Assembly (NCBI GenBank): GCA_035500505.1
Contig: DATJXE010000004.1
Coordinates: 50,230-114,229 of the forward strand
Length of the DNA: 64,000 bases
Source: Minisyncoccota bacterium
Lineage (GTDB): Bacteria; Patescibacteriota; Minisyncoccia; Phycocordibacterales; UBA2100
Direction of reading: 5' to 3'
Shown: in pieces, positions 1 through 9,847 of the stretch
How the letters are laid out: each line of letters starts with the position of its first letter
How positions within the stretch are numbered: position 1 is the stretch's first letter
Notes under the pieces: model-generated
The model's input: only the letters and a program-made list of their open reading frames with translations
Databases searched by the model: none
What the model was told of the DNA's origin: nothing
Translations under genes and position numbers: made by a program

Positions 1-261
1 ATTGCGGAATTAAAGGCACGCATTGATAAGACCATCGCGTACTTGAAGACCATCAAGCCCGAGCAGGTCATCGGCCAGGAGGGCCGCGAGGTCTCACTCC
101 CCTTCTGGGAGGGCAAAAAGGCAGACGCGTTCGGATACGTCACCGAATACCTCATCCCCAACTTCTACTTCCACGTCACGACCGCCTACTCCATCCTCCG
201 CACCAACGGCGTTCAGATCGGCAAGGACGATTACATCGGCGGATTGCCGTTCAAAGAATAA
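1..261 (+). CDS. DUF1993 family protein (5'-truncated by window edge)
   Basis: Open frame from base 1; C-terminal motif PNFYFHVTTAYSILR..GV.IGK.DY.G is typical of DUF1993. Confidence 0.8.
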   Translation: MAELKARIDKTIAYLKTIKPEQVIGQEGREVSLPFWEGKKADAFGYVTEYLIPNFYFHVTTAYSILRTNGVQIGKDDYIGGLPFKE

Positions 262-288
262 TTTCGGGAGTGCGGTAGAATGCGAGAT

Positions 289-1677
289 ATGGCGTCTCTC
301 AAAAAGACGATGTTCCGTGAGTATGACATCCGCGGGCGCGAGTCCGAGGATGAACTCAACGAGACATCCGTCTACCATATCGCCCGAGGATTTGCCGCAA
401 TGCTGAGGGGAAAGAACATAACCAAGGCAGTGGTCGGACACGACGCTCGAGCGACATCCGATCATTTTCATGCGCGAGTCGTCGCGGCCCTGCGAGAGTC
501 GGGTGTCGACGTAGTAGACATCGGAACCGTCACGACCCCGATGAGCTACTGGGCGCAATTCCATTTCAAGGTGGATGGCCTGGTCATGGTGACCGCGAGC
601 CACAATCCGGCTGGTTGGAACGGGGTGAAGCTCGGTACCGGGCTTGCAAAAACGTTGCTTGCGGAAGAAGTTAAGACTCTCTACTCCATTATCGAACGAG
701 AAGAATACGTAACCGGGACCGGCGAGTACACGAAAGAGGATATCGCGGAGCTGTACATGAACGACCTCCTCTCCCGCGTCACCATCGGAAAGAAGTTCAA
801 GCTGCTAGTCAACACCGGGAATGGGACCGCCGGGTTATTCGCGCCAACGCTCCTGCGAAAAACCGGAAGCGAGGTGATAGAACGGTATACCGACGTCGAC
901 CCTTCTTATCCTCACTACACGGCTAACCCCGACGGCACCGGGATGATGAGTGACACGGGGGCGCAGGCGAAGGCTCATGGCTGCGATCTGGGAATAGCAT
1001 TCGACGGCGACGGCGACCGCATGGGCATCACCGACGAAACAGGAGCTACCATTTGGCCCGATCGCTACCTCATCCTTCTCTCGCGTCTCGTGCTCAAGAA
1101 GCAACCCGGATCCACTATCGTGTTTGACGTCAAGGTCTCCGAAGCGCTCCCCGAAGATATCGCGGCGCACGGTGGAATTCCGATCATGTGCAGGACGGGC
1201 CACTCATACATCAAAGCGAAATTGGCCGAAGAAAAAGCTGCGCTCGCTGGGGAAATGAGCGGCCATATCTTTTTCGCCCAAGATTTCTATGGCTTCGATG
1301 ATGCCTTTTTCGCTGCATTGAAGCTTCTCGAATACCTCTCGTCGCAGGACAAACCTCTTTCGCAGATAATCTCCGACACGCCGTCCTACGTCTCGACCCC
1401 AACGATCCAGGTGAAAAGTTCAGATGAAAAGAAATACGTCATTGTCGAAAAGCTCACCGAGGAGTTCAAGAACGAAGGGTACCATGTCGTCGATATCAAC
1501 GGTGCACGCGTATACTTCAGCGACGGCTGGGGGTTGGTGCGTGCCTCTTCGAATACACCAACCCTGGTGCTCCGATTCGAATCCAAGACCCAAGAAGGTC
1601 TCGACAAAATCCGATCTGTTTTCCACGCAAAACTCGACGCGCTTGGCCTCACGGAGTGGGATTCATCCGGTCATTAG
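289..1677 (+). CDS. Phosphomannomutase/phosphoglucomutase
   Basis: FREYDIRG N-terminus, TASHNP phosphoserine loop, FDGDGDR metal loop, GEMSGH; start chosen 7 nt after TAGAAT. Confidence 0.93.
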   Translation: MASLKKTMFREYDIRGRESEDELNETSVYHIARGFAAMLRGKNITKAVVGHDARATSDHFHARVVAALRESGVDVVDIGTVTTPMSYWAQFHFKVDGLVMVTASHNPAGWNGVKLGTGLAKTLLAEEVKTLYSIIEREEYVTGTGEYTKEDIAELYMNDLLSRVTIGKKFKLLVNTGNGTAGLFAPTLLRKTGSEVIERYTDVDPSYPHYTANPDGTGMMSDTGAQAKAHGCDLGIAFDGDGDRMGITDETGATIWPDRYLILLSRLVLKKQPGSTIVFDVKVSEALPEDIAAHGGIPIMCRTGHSYIKAKLAEEKAALAGEMSGHIFFAQDFYGFDDAFFAALKLLEYLSSQDKPLSQIISDTPSYVSTPTIQVKSSDEKKYVIVEKLTEEFKNEGYHVVDINGARVYFSDGWGLVRASSNTPTLVLRFESKTQEGLDKIRSVFHAKLDALGLTEWDSSGH

Positions 1678-1701
1678 CAAGATGTGGTACACTTCCCCCT
1701 C

Positions 1702-2463
1702 ATGAACGCGCTCTCGATAAAGAACCTCACCAAGACCTACGGCAACGGCGTACAGGCGCTCAAAGGCGTCTCGCTTGAGATCCCCGAAGGCGACTTTTTT
1801 GCGTTGCTCGGCCCCAACGGCGCCGGCAAGACGACCATCATCGGCATCACCGCCGGATTGGTGAATAAAACAAGCGGCACCGTCGAGGTCTTCGGCCACG
1901 ATATCGACAAGGAAACAGAGGTGGCCAAGACCTTCATCGGCCTCGTCGGTCAGGAGATAAATTTCAACCCGTTCGAGCGCATCCTCGATACGGTCGTCAA
2001 CCAGGGCGGTTACTACGGCATCCCGCGTTCCGAGGCGCTACCGCGCGCCAAGCAGCTCCTCACCGACCTCGGGCTTGGCGACAAAATGGAAGGCAGTGGT
2101 ATGGAGCTCTCCGGCGGCATGAAGCGCCGCCTCATGATCGCCCGCGCGCTCATTCACCAGCCCAAATTCCTCATCCTCGACGAACCGACCGCCGGCGTCG
2201 ACGTCGAGCTTCGCCGCGGCATGTGGGATTACTTGAAAAAGCTCACCTCCAAAGGCCTCACCATCCTTCTCACCACGCATTACCTCGAAGAAGCCGAGCA
2301 GCTCGCCAAACATGTGGCCATCATCAACAAAGGACAGATCATCGTGAACGACACCATCGACAAGGTGCTTGCCATGCACACCGATACTGGCGAAGCGAAA
2401 GCGGGGTACCGCGGCAGCAAACTTGAGGAGATATTCCTCGAGCTCATCCGCGAAAATAAATAG
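1702..2463 (+). CDS. ABC transporter ATP-binding protein (YadG-like)
   Basis: GPNGAGKT Walker A, LSGGMKRR signature, LILDEPT Walker B. Confidence 0.92.
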   Translation: MNALSIKNLTKTYGNGVQALKGVSLEIPEGDFFALLGPNGAGKTTIIGITAGLVNKTSGTVEVFGHDIDKETEVAKTFIGLVGQEINFNPFERILDTVVNQGGYYGIPRSEALPRAKQLLTDLGLGDKMEGSGMELSGGMKRRLMIARALIHQPKFLILDEPTAGVDVELRRGMWDYLKKLTSKGLTILLTTHYLEEAEQLAKHVAIINKGQIIVNDTIDKVLAMHTDTGEAKAGYRGSKLEEIFLELIRENK

Positions 2464-2464
2464 T

Positions 2465-3247
2465 ATGGATACCTATCACAAGTGGATCGCCTTTTATACG
2501 ATGATGCGCAAGGACGTCGTGCGCATATTCCGCATCTGGGTGCAGACATTCTTGCCGAGCGTCATCACCTCGTGCCTCTACTTCCTCATATTCGGCACCG
2601 TATTGGGAAGCCGCATCGGCACTATGGAAGGCGTGCCATACATGCAATTCGTCATTCCCGGCCTCGTCATGATGGCCATCCTCACCAACGCCTATGCGAA
2701 TTCCTCATTCACCTTCTTCCAATCCAAATTCTTCGCGCGCTCCATCGATGAACTCCTCGTCTCGCCGATGCCGCCGTGGCTCATCATTTCCGGATTCGTT
2801 TCGGGCGGCGTCATTCGCGGTGTCTTGGTGGGTGCCATCGTACTCATCGTCTCGATATTCTTCACCGGGTTGCACCTCACGATCGCCAACCTCGCCATCA
2901 TTCTTTTCTTCGCCGTCCTCACGTCGGTCGTCTTCGCGCTCGCAGGGCTCATCAACGGCGTGTACGCCAAATCGATCGACGCCATCAACATCGTGCCGAC
3001 CTTCGTCCTCACGCCGCTCACCTATCTCGGCGGTATTTTCTACTCGGTACACACGCTCCCGCAGTGGGCGCAATACGTGACCTATGTGAACCCCATCTTC
3101 TACCTCATCAACGGCTTCCGGTACGGATTCCTGGGCTTCGCCGACATTTCCGTTTGGACCTGCGTCGGCGTTCTCTCCGGGCTCATCATCGTCCTCGTCG
3201 GCATCAATTTGTATCTCATCCGCACGGGGTTGGGCTTGAAACAATAG
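2465..3247 (+). CDS. ABC-2 type permease (YadH-like)
   Basis: Multiple TM segments, YMQFVIPGL, PLTYLGGIFYS, NPIFYLINGFRYG; directly follows the ATPase. Confidence 0.9.
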   Translation: MDTYHKWIAFYTMMRKDVVRIFRIWVQTFLPSVITSCLYFLIFGTVLGSRIGTMEGVPYMQFVIPGLVMMAILTNAYANSSFTFFQSKFFARSIDELLVSPMPPWLIISGFVSGGVIRGVLVGAIVLIVSIFFTGLHLTIANLAIILFFAVLTSVVFALAGLINGVYAKSIDAINIVPTFVLTPLTYLGGIFYSVHTLPQWAQYVTYVNPIFYLINGFRYGFLGFADISVWTCVGVLSGLIIVLVGINLYLIRTGLGLKQ

Positions 3248-4639
3248 TTAGCCGCGAGCGATTCTTTCCGCAAGGCCGAGGTAGTTTTCTGGTCGGAGCG
3301 CCTTGAGGCGCTTTTTTAGTTTGGCGTCGATATCGAGACCGTCGATGAATTCGGCGAAGTCTTTAAGCGTAACCTGTCGGCCGCGTGATAATTCTTTCAG
3401 CTTCTCATATGGCAAGGCGACGCCTTGACGTCGTAGGACGGTTTGGATGGCTTCGGCCAAGACTTCCGGGTGCGCACGCAGCGCTTGGAGCATTGCGCCT
3501 TTGTTGACGCTTATCTTTCCAAAGCCTTTCACGAGTGAGCGGTAGGCGATAAGCGAGTGCGCGAAAGCGGTGCCAAAGACGCGCTCGACGGTCGAATCGG
3601 AAAGGTCGCGCTGCAGGCGCGAGATGGGCAGCTTGCGCGAGAAATGCTCGAACAAGGCGTTTGCAACGCCCAAGTTCCCCTCCGCGTTCTCGAAATCTAT
3701 CGGATTCACCTTGTGCGGCATCGTCGAAGAGCCGGTCTCGCCTTTTTTTGCCTTTTGCGTGAGCCAGCCGTCGGAGATGTAGCGCCATAAGTCCTGCGAG
3801 AGATCGATGAGGATGGTGTTGATGCGACGCATGTAGTCAAAATATTCTGCATACGTATCGTGCAGCTCTATTTGCGTCGTGAACTCATTGAGCTCGATGC
3901 ACATGTAGTGCTTCTTCCCCTTCCCTTCCAGATTGAAACTCTCGATGAATTTCTTGGAGAACGCGGGCCAATTCACATCGGGCGCTGCAACGACGTGCGC
4001 ATTGTAATTCCCTGTCGCGCCGCCCCACTTCACCAAAACTTTGCCGTGTTTGAAAACATCCACCTGGTTCTGCAATCGTTTCAAAAATACTCGCATTTCC
4101 TTGCCGAAGGTCGTCGGTGAGGCGCTCTGGCCGTGGGTGCGTGCGAGCATCGGCGTTTTGGCGTGCGTTTTCGCGAGACCTTCCAACTCTTTTGCGATAT
4201 CCCACATCGGGCCGCCCAAAAATCCTTTCTCGAAGAAATCCCGGAGCATCAAGCCATATGCGACACTGTTTACGTCTTCGGAGGTAATCGCAAAGTGGAC
4301 CGACTCTGAAACGTCTTCGAGCGACGTCCCCTGCAGTTTTTGTTTTATAAAATATTCGATCGCCTTTACGTCGTGGTTCGTATCCTTTTCGATCTCTTTT
4401 ATCGATCGGGCATCTTCGAGTGAGAGCTTGGAAAGTTTCTTTAACAATTTCTGTTCCTTGTCGGTAAGTCTCCGAACGCCCGTCTTCGGCGTTTTCGAAA
4501 GCGCGAGCAAGTACTCACATTCAACGAGAATGCGGTACTTTATGAAGGCAAACTCGCTGAAATACTCGGCGACCGGACCGGTTATTTCGCGATATCGCCC
4601 GTCTATAGAGCTTACTGCTGTCAGTGGTTCAAGCGGCAT
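3248..4639 (-). CDS. purB: Adenylosuccinate lyase
   Basis: TNHDVKAIEY, RTHGQ, GSSTMPHKVNPIDFENAEGN signature, SRLQRDLSDST. Confidence 0.96.
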   Translation of the reverse strand: MPLEPLTAVSSIDGRYREITGPVAEYFSEFAFIKYRILVECEYLLALSKTPKTGVRRLTDKEQKLLKKLSKLSLEDARSIKEIEKDTNHDVKAIEYFIKQKLQGTSLEDVSESVHFAITSEDVNSVAYGLMLRDFFEKGFLGGPMWDIAKELEGLAKTHAKTPMLARTHGQSASPTTFGKEMRVFLKRLQNQVDVFKHGKVLVKWGGATGNYNAHVVAAPDVNWPAFSKKFIESFNLEGKGKKHYMCIELNEFTTQIELHDTYAEYFDYMRRINTILIDLSQDLWRYISDGWLTQKAKKGETGSSTMPHKVNPIDFENAEGNLGVANALFEHFSRKLPISRLQRDLSDSTVERVFGTAFAHSLIAYRSLVKGFGKISVNKGAMLQALRAHPEVLAEAIQTVLRRQGVALPYEKLKELSRGRQVTLKDFAEFIDGLDIDAKLKKRLKALRPENYLGLAERIARG

Positions 4640-5567
4640 ACGCCTTCAGATTCCGCTCAATACGGGCCAAAATCGGCTCTTTCCCAGGCTTGAACGTCGA
4701 CCCCGTGATCTGCTCATACATGCGTATATACCGCTTTGAGAGCTCTTCCACAAGCTCCGGCGGGGCTTCCGGCAGTTTCTCATCTTTGTATGGATCGCTA
4801 TGCTCTTTGAACCACAAGCGCAAGAATTCCTTGTCGAAATACTCCGGCTCCTCACCTTGTGCGAACCTCCCTTCGTACGAATCGAGCTGCCAGTAGCGCG
4901 AGGAATCCGGCGTGTGGATCTCATCTATCAGAATGATGTCGTCGCTGCCGTTGAGCGTGCCGAACTCGTACTTCGTGTCCACCAGGATGAGTCCTTGCTC
5001 GCGCGCGATCTTGGCCCCGCGCTCGTAGAGCGCAAGCGCCGCGCTTTCTATCGCATCTATCGTTTTACGCGGCAGAATTCCCTCGTTGACGATCTCCTGC
5101 GGTGAGAGTGTGCGATCGTGCGCGTCGGATTTAGTCGAAGGTGTGAAAACTGGACGTAAAAGCTGTTGGTTCTTTTTCATCCCGTCGGGCAATTTGAAAT
5201 TGCCGAAGTCACGCTTCCCCTTTTGATAGTGCGTCCACAGCGACGTGTCGGTGACACCCGTCATGTACCCGCGCACGACGGCTTCGACGGGGAGCGGCTT
5301 GCATTTCTTCCCCGCCGTTACGTTGGGATCGGGAATCGCGAGCACGTGATTGGGCACGATATCTTTCGTCTCTTCGAACCAAAACGCGCTTATCTCATTC
5401 AGCACCTGGCCCTTGTGCGGAATGTGCGCGATGAGACGGTCAAAAGATGAATGCCGGTCGGTCGTTATCAGAATGAGCCTTCCGTCCTGTTCATACACAT
5501 CCCGCACCTTGCCCGTAAACTTCCGGCCAAGATTCTTGAAATTCGTTTCTTTGAGGAGCTCTGTCAT
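4629..5567 (-). CDS. purC: SAICAR synthetase
   Basis: GKVRDVY, TDRHSSFD, LVDTKYEFG, DEIHTPDSSRYW, FDKEFLR; start moved to MTELLK. Confidence 0.95.
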   Translation of the reverse strand: MTELLKETNFKNLGRKFTGKVRDVYEQDGRLILITTDRHSSFDRLIAHIPHKGQVLNEISAFWFEETKDIVPNHVLAIPDPNVTAGKKCKPLPVEAVVRGYMTGVTDTSLWTHYQKGKRDFGNFKLPDGMKKNQQLLRPVFTPSTKSDAHDRTLSPQEIVNEGILPRKTIDAIESAALALYERGAKIAREQGLILVDTKYEFGTLNGSDDIILIDEIHTPDSSRYWQLDSYEGRFAQGEEPEYFDKEFLRLWFKEHSDPYKDEKLPEAPPELVEELSKRYIRMYEQITGSTFKPGKEPILARIERNLKAYAA

Positions 5568-5568
5568 A

Positions 5569-6690
5569 TCATTCGCCCGGCGGTGGAAGGGTGATTTTTT
5601 CCGGTTCGAAAATAACCTGCCGCTCGCCTTCTTCCACGCGACCGACTTCAAGCACATCGTATCCGGCTTTCTTACCCGCAGCGAGAACACGTTCGACATC
5701 GGGCGCGGCGACGAATGCATAGTAACCGATGCCCCAATTGAACGTTTTGAGGCAATCCTCGAGCGACACCCCGATCGATTGCATGAATTGGAACAGCGGC
5801 GGCACTGCAGTCCACGTATGAACGCGATAGGTCGCCGGCCGGCTGTCGAATGCAATCTTCGCAACGCCACTTCCGGTCCCGGGCAACAGTGCGTGTATAT
5901 CTACCTTTGCTTCGAGAAGCGCTTCGACAAATCCGACGTATGAGCGCGTTGGAATAAGTGTTTCTTCACCGAGTGTATTTCCATTCGGTAATTTGGTCAT
6001 GAATTTGTCTGGCAACTCAAGCGCCTTCTTAATGATGAGCGAGATGCCATTGGCATGTATACCGGAAGAAGTAACGCCGATGATCGCGTCACCCGGCGCA
6101 AGTTTTGTGCCGGTAATGAGGCGGCTTGTCGGCGCGATTATCGCGGTAACACAGCCGGAAAGCGATGGCGCGCTTTTGACTGGCGGTTCGGCTTTGACGA
6201 GATATTTGAGCGCCGGGGACTCTCCTGCAGGCAGTGCCATCCCGGCTTCCTCGCACACTTTCAGAAATCCTGTGGCGAGATCTTTTGCGCGTTTTTCGTC
6301 GGCGAACCATTCCGAATCCCCCGCGGCGACTTCGTCGGTGTAAACGACCGGCATCGCCCCTTGCGCGATAACGTCGTTGACCGCCATCAGCGCTGCGTCG
6401 ATGCCGATACCGCCGTAATATGTTTTACCCGTTCCCGCATACTGGTACATCCATTCCGCGATCCAATTCTTATTGCCTAGGCCCTCTTGCGTGTTGCACC
6501 AGAGATGCTTTTCTGCACCGCGATACTCGAACACGCCGCCATGTGAATGAAGAACATCGCTGTTTATGTATACGCCGCGTTTGTTGGGAAAGGTTATCGT
6601 CTTCTTCCCCGCTTCGATCATCGCGTGCTTGAAAGGTTCGATTTTCGTGTAATCAACCCCCGCTTTTGCATACGCGCTTTGCTTACTCAT
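5569..6690 (-). CDS. purM: AIR synthase (phosphoribosylformylglycinamidine cyclo-ligase), divergent
   Basis: [35 protein letters not shown]; pur cluster context. Confidence 0.9.
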   Translation of the reverse strand: MSKQSAYAKAGVDYTKIEPFKHAMIEAGKKTITFPNKRGVYINSDVLHSHGGVFEYRGAEKHLWCNTQEGLGNKNWIAEWMYQYAGTGKTYYGGIGIDAALMAVNDVIAQGAMPVVYTDEVAAGDSEWFADEKRAKDLATGFLKVCEEAGMALPAGESPALKYLVKAEPPVKSAPSLSGCVTAIIAPTSRLITGTKLAPGDAIIGVTSSGIHANGISLIIKKALELPDKFMTKLPNGNTLGEETLIPTRSYVGFVEALLEAKVDIHALLPGTGSGVAKIAFDSRPATYRVHTWTAVPPLFQFMQSIGVSLEDCLKTFNWGIGYYAFVAAPDVERVLAAGKKAGYDVLEVGRVEEGERQVIFEPEKITLPPPGE

Positions 6691-7198
6691 GGCCTTTCAG
6701 ATATTTCTCATATCCCATTCCCTCAAGTTCCTTCGCCTTCGCCAGAACTTCCGACTCCATCTTTGATTTATAGTCCGCGACTTTCTTCTGCACCTTTTCG
6801 TCGGAAGTTCCGATGATCTCCGCCGCGAGAATGCCGGCATTCTTTGCGCCATTTACAGCAACGGTCGCAACGGGCACGCCCGGCGGCATCTGCGCGATCG
6901 AAAGCAGCGAGTCGATACCTTTCATTGTTTTGGTCATGACGGGCACCCCGATGACCGGAAGCGGCGTGTAGGCCGCGAGCATGCCCGGTAAATGCGCGGC
7001 ACCTCCTGCGCCCGCGATGATGACCTTGACGCTGCGCCCTGCGGCAGTTTTTGCATACTCAACTAGCCTATCCGGTGTGCGATGCGCGGAAACTATCGTT
7101 ACTTCGCTCGTGATACCGAATTCTTCCAAAATCTTCGCTGCATCCTGCATTACGGAGAGATCCGAATCCGAGCCCATCACGATGCCGACTTGTGTCAT
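6683..7198 (-). CDS. purE: N5-CAIR mutase
   Basis: [35 protein letters not shown]. Confidence 0.97.
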   Translation of the reverse strand: MTQVGIVMGSDSDLSVMQDAAKILEEFGITSEVTIVSAHRTPDRLVEYAKTAAGRSVKVIIAGAGGAAHLPGMLAAYTPLPVIGVPVMTKTMKGIDSLLSIAQMPPGVPVATVAVNGAKNAGILAAEIIGTSDEKVQKKVADYKSKMESEVLAKAKELEGMGYEKYLKGHE

Positions 7199-8286
7199 AT
7201 TGAAATTAGTGCACGTGCTTTTTCCGCTTTTTCTTTTGCTTCCTCGAGCGTATCCGCAACAGCCGTCAGATGCCCCATTTTGCGCTCCGGGCGAGTTTCC
7301 ATCTTACCGTAGATATGGACTTTTACACCTTCTATCTTTTCCGCCTCTTCGACTCCTCTCGGCTCGGCTGTGCCGCTCCTTTCGCCCAAGATATTTATCA
7401 TGACTGCCGCCGGAACCTTCATCGAACTGTTCCCCAGCGGCATGCCGCTTATCGCACGGATGTGCTGCTCGAATTGGGAGGCGTGGCAGGCTTCGATGGT
7501 GAAATGCCCGCTGTTGTGCACGCGCGGAGCGACTTCGTTGACCAAGACTTCTCCATTTGCGAGGAACATTTCGATGGCGAAAACACCGGCGCCATCGAAC
7601 GAGGCGAGAACTTTCTGCGCGAGATCGTGCGCCTTCTGTGCAACTTCTTTCGACACGGGGGCGGGGGCGAGAACCATGTGGCAGATGTGGTTCTTGTGCA
7701 TCGTTTCGACGAGCGGAAATATCTGCATCTCCCCTTTTGCGGTGCGTGCGGCAACAATTGCAAGTTCTTTCTCGAACGGAACAACGCGCTCGGCGTATGC
7801 CGGGGCGCCCTTCAATTTTTCCTGCGCAGCCTGCAAAGCTTCGGCTTTCTCAACAAGTGCGTTGCCGCGGCCGTCGAACCCACCGGAGCGGGCTTTGAGA
7901 ATATATGGATAGCCGAAATGCTCGACATCGTCCGAAAACTCCGCAACGGGAATGCCGTGCTCTTGTAAAAATCGCTTTTGTGTCAATTTGTCCTTGATGA
8001 TGCCGAGCGTTTTTGGCGAAGGATTGACGGGCATTTTTGTTGAAAGTTCTTCCAGCACGTCGGCGTTCACCGATTCTATTTCGTAGGTAAGGAAGTCGGA
8101 CTTCTCCGCGAGCGCTCGGAGCATCGCGCCGTCTTTATAATCGCCGACTATCTGCTCGTCGGCGACCTGGCCAGCCGGCGAACCCGGGGTCGGGTCCAAT
8201 ACGACGATCTTGAACCCGAGCACGTGCGCCGCCTCTGCGAGCATCCTGCCGAGCTGCCCCCCGCCAGCGATGCCGATGGTTTTCAT
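7195..8286 (-). CDS. purK: N5-CAIR synthetase
   Basis: [43 protein letters not shown]. Confidence 0.96.
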   Translation of the reverse strand: MKTIGIAGGGQLGRMLAEAAHVLGFKIVVLDPTPGSPAGQVADEQIVGDYKDGAMLRALAEKSDFLTYEIESVNADVLEELSTKMPVNPSPKTLGIIKDKLTQKRFLQEHGIPVAEFSDDVEHFGYPYILKARSGGFDGRGNALVEKAEALQAAQEKLKGAPAYAERVVPFEKELAIVAARTAKGEMQIFPLVETMHKNHICHMVLAPAPVSKEVAQKAHDLAQKVLASFDGAGVFAIEMFLANGEVLVNEVAPRVHNSGHFTIEACHASQFEQHIRAISGMPLGNSSMKVPAAVMINILGERSGTAEPRGVEEAEKIEGVKVHIYGKMETRPERKMGHLTAVADTLEEAKEKAEKARALISI

Positions 8287-8810
8287 AGGTTCGCCAACAC
8301 GAACTCTACTCGTTCAGGTATTGGCAGAACGGGAACATCGACAATGGTGTGCCCGAGCTCTTCGTACGCGCGCCGAATTTCATTATGGATGTGGCGCGCT
8401 TCCTCGGGCGTTTCGAACCGCGCCGTATCGTTGGCATACTCCAACATTTCGAGCAAAAACACTTTGCGATACTTCGTTGTTTCCAAGATCCTCCTGAACT
8501 CCTCATCGATCGGGAGGTTGGTGAACCGAAAGTACGCCACGTTGTCGGGGATGCCGCGATCGAAGAACGTCACCTTGTCTTTCGCAACATTCCCCTCAAG
8601 CTCAATGTGCCGCTGCAAAATATCGTGCTCGAACTTGTTGATATCCTTTCGCATCTCGGGGATGGTCTTGCCGAGCGCGAGCTGCTCCTCGATGAACATA
8701 CGCGCCGCTTCCGGCAATACCGCATGGCCGAGCTTTTCGAGCTCAAAAACGAGCGTCGTCTTGCCCGCGCACGGGCCGCCGGTGAGCACATACCACGGGG
8801 GCGTTTTCAT
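8283..8810 (-). CDS. AAA_28 (NadR/Ttd14-like) P-loop NTPase/kinase
   Basis: LTGGPCAGKTT, LPEAAR, FFDRGIPD; start 7 nt after TATGAT. Confidence 0.8.
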   Translation of the reverse strand: MKTPPWYVLTGGPCAGKTTLVFELEKLGHAVLPEAARMFIEEQLALGKTIPEMRKDINKFEHDILQRHIELEGNVAKDKVTFFDRGIPDNVAYFRFTNLPIDEEFRRILETTKYRKVFLLEMLEYANDTARFETPEEARHIHNEIRRAYEELGHTIVDVPVLPIPERVEFVLANL

Positions 8811-8832
8811 GGGAGCTATCATATAAAACATT

Positions 8833-8856
8833 CAGGAGCTCCGCGAGGAACTCCTG
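8833..8856 (-). terminator. Hairpin terminator downstream of the small ORF
   Basis: Minus strand CAGGAGTTCC-TCGC-GGAGCTCCTG followed by AATGTTTT. Confidence 0.55.
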
Positions 8857-8873
8857 CAACATTCGTTTGTGCG

Positions 8874-9035
8874 TTATTTGTCATGCCAGTCCTGGTCATG
8901 ATCGCCGGTACGACCCTGTGGTCGTGCGAGAGACATGAGCGCCAAATGGATCTCGGTTGAGGACAACCCCCGTTCACCTTGACGTTCTTCTCCGTTATCG
9001 TTCGCAGCGACTGTTTTCGTGCGTTCCTTTGTCAT
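8874..9035 (-). CDS. Putative 53-aa small protein
   Basis: ATG preceded by GGAGGAGAGG SD-like sequence and followed by a hairpin. Confidence 0.45.
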   Translation of the reverse strand: MTKERTKTVAANDNGEERQGERGLSSTEIHLALMSLARPQGRTGDHDQDWHDK

Positions 9036-9076
9036 GGCGTCCCTCTCCTCCGAGAAACGATTCGTTCGGCTGAAAG

Positions 9077-9847
9077 CTACTGGAAGTATCTTACCGCATT
9101 TCGGAACACTTGGAGACCGGGCCCGTCCTTCGGCATCGGGACGCCGTCGCGCAAGTAACGTTCCTTGAGATACGTCCAATGCGGCAGCTGCGTGAAGCGC
9201 ACCGCGCGCTCCGGGTGCGGCATGAGGCCCAAAACTCGGCCGCCATAGGCAGTGACGCCGGCGATGTCTTCGAGCGCACCGTTAGGGTTGGCGGGAAGAT
9301 CAAAATACTTCGACATCTCGCCTTCGACGTAGCGCACCGCGATGGCGTTCTCTTTTTTCAGCGCGGCGAGTGCCTCTTTCGTAGCGTAGTACTTCCCTTC
9401 GCCATGCGCGATTGGCAACGACAGCCTTCTTACTCCGGAGAGCCATGGGCTCGCGCCAGTTACTTCGAGGTCGACCCAGCGCGTGAGGTAGCGTGGAGAC
9501 TCGTTGGCAAGGAGCGCGCCGGGCAGTATCTCCGCGCTCGTGAGTATCTGGAACCCGTTGCACATGCCGATCGCAAGCGTGTCGCGTTCGAAGAATTTCT
9601 TGAGCTGGGTGCCGAGGTGCTCCTTGAGGCGATTGCCGTAGGCTTTGCCCGATCCGGTGTCGTCGCCAAAAGAGAACCCGCCGGGGAATGCGAGTATCTG
9701 CGCCTCCTTGAGCGCGGCGGGGTGCGCGATCAGGTCGTTGATGTGAATGATGTCGGCGGAAGCCCCCGCGAGCTCGAACGCGGCCTTGGTCTCCGTTTCG
9801 CAGTTGAGTCCGTAGCCCGAAAAAACGATGACGTGCGGTTTTTTCAT
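9077..9847 (-). CDS. purQ: FGAM synthase glutaminase subunit
   Basis: GYGLNCETE, PGGFSFGD, GMCNGFQIL, IAHGEG, MPHPER; ATGA overlap with purL stop. Confidence 0.95.
   Translation of the reverse strand: MKKPHVIVFSGYGLNCETETKAAFELAGASADIIHINDLIAHPAALKEAQILAFPGGFSFGDDTGSGKAYGNRLKEHLGTQLKKFFERDTLAIGMCNGFQILTSAEILPGALLANESPRYLTRWVDLEVTGASPWLSGVRRLSLPIAHGEGKYYATKEALAALKKENAIAVRYVEGEMSKYFDLPANPNGALEDIAGVTAYGGRVLGLMPHPERAVRFTQLPHWTYLKERYLRDGVPMPKDGPGLQVFRNAVRYFQ

Noticed and set aside
8830-9075. AANDN resembles an ssrA tag, suggesting tmRNA
   Set aside because: The region is too short, has no tRNA-like ends, and the motif lies inside a longer SD-led ORF
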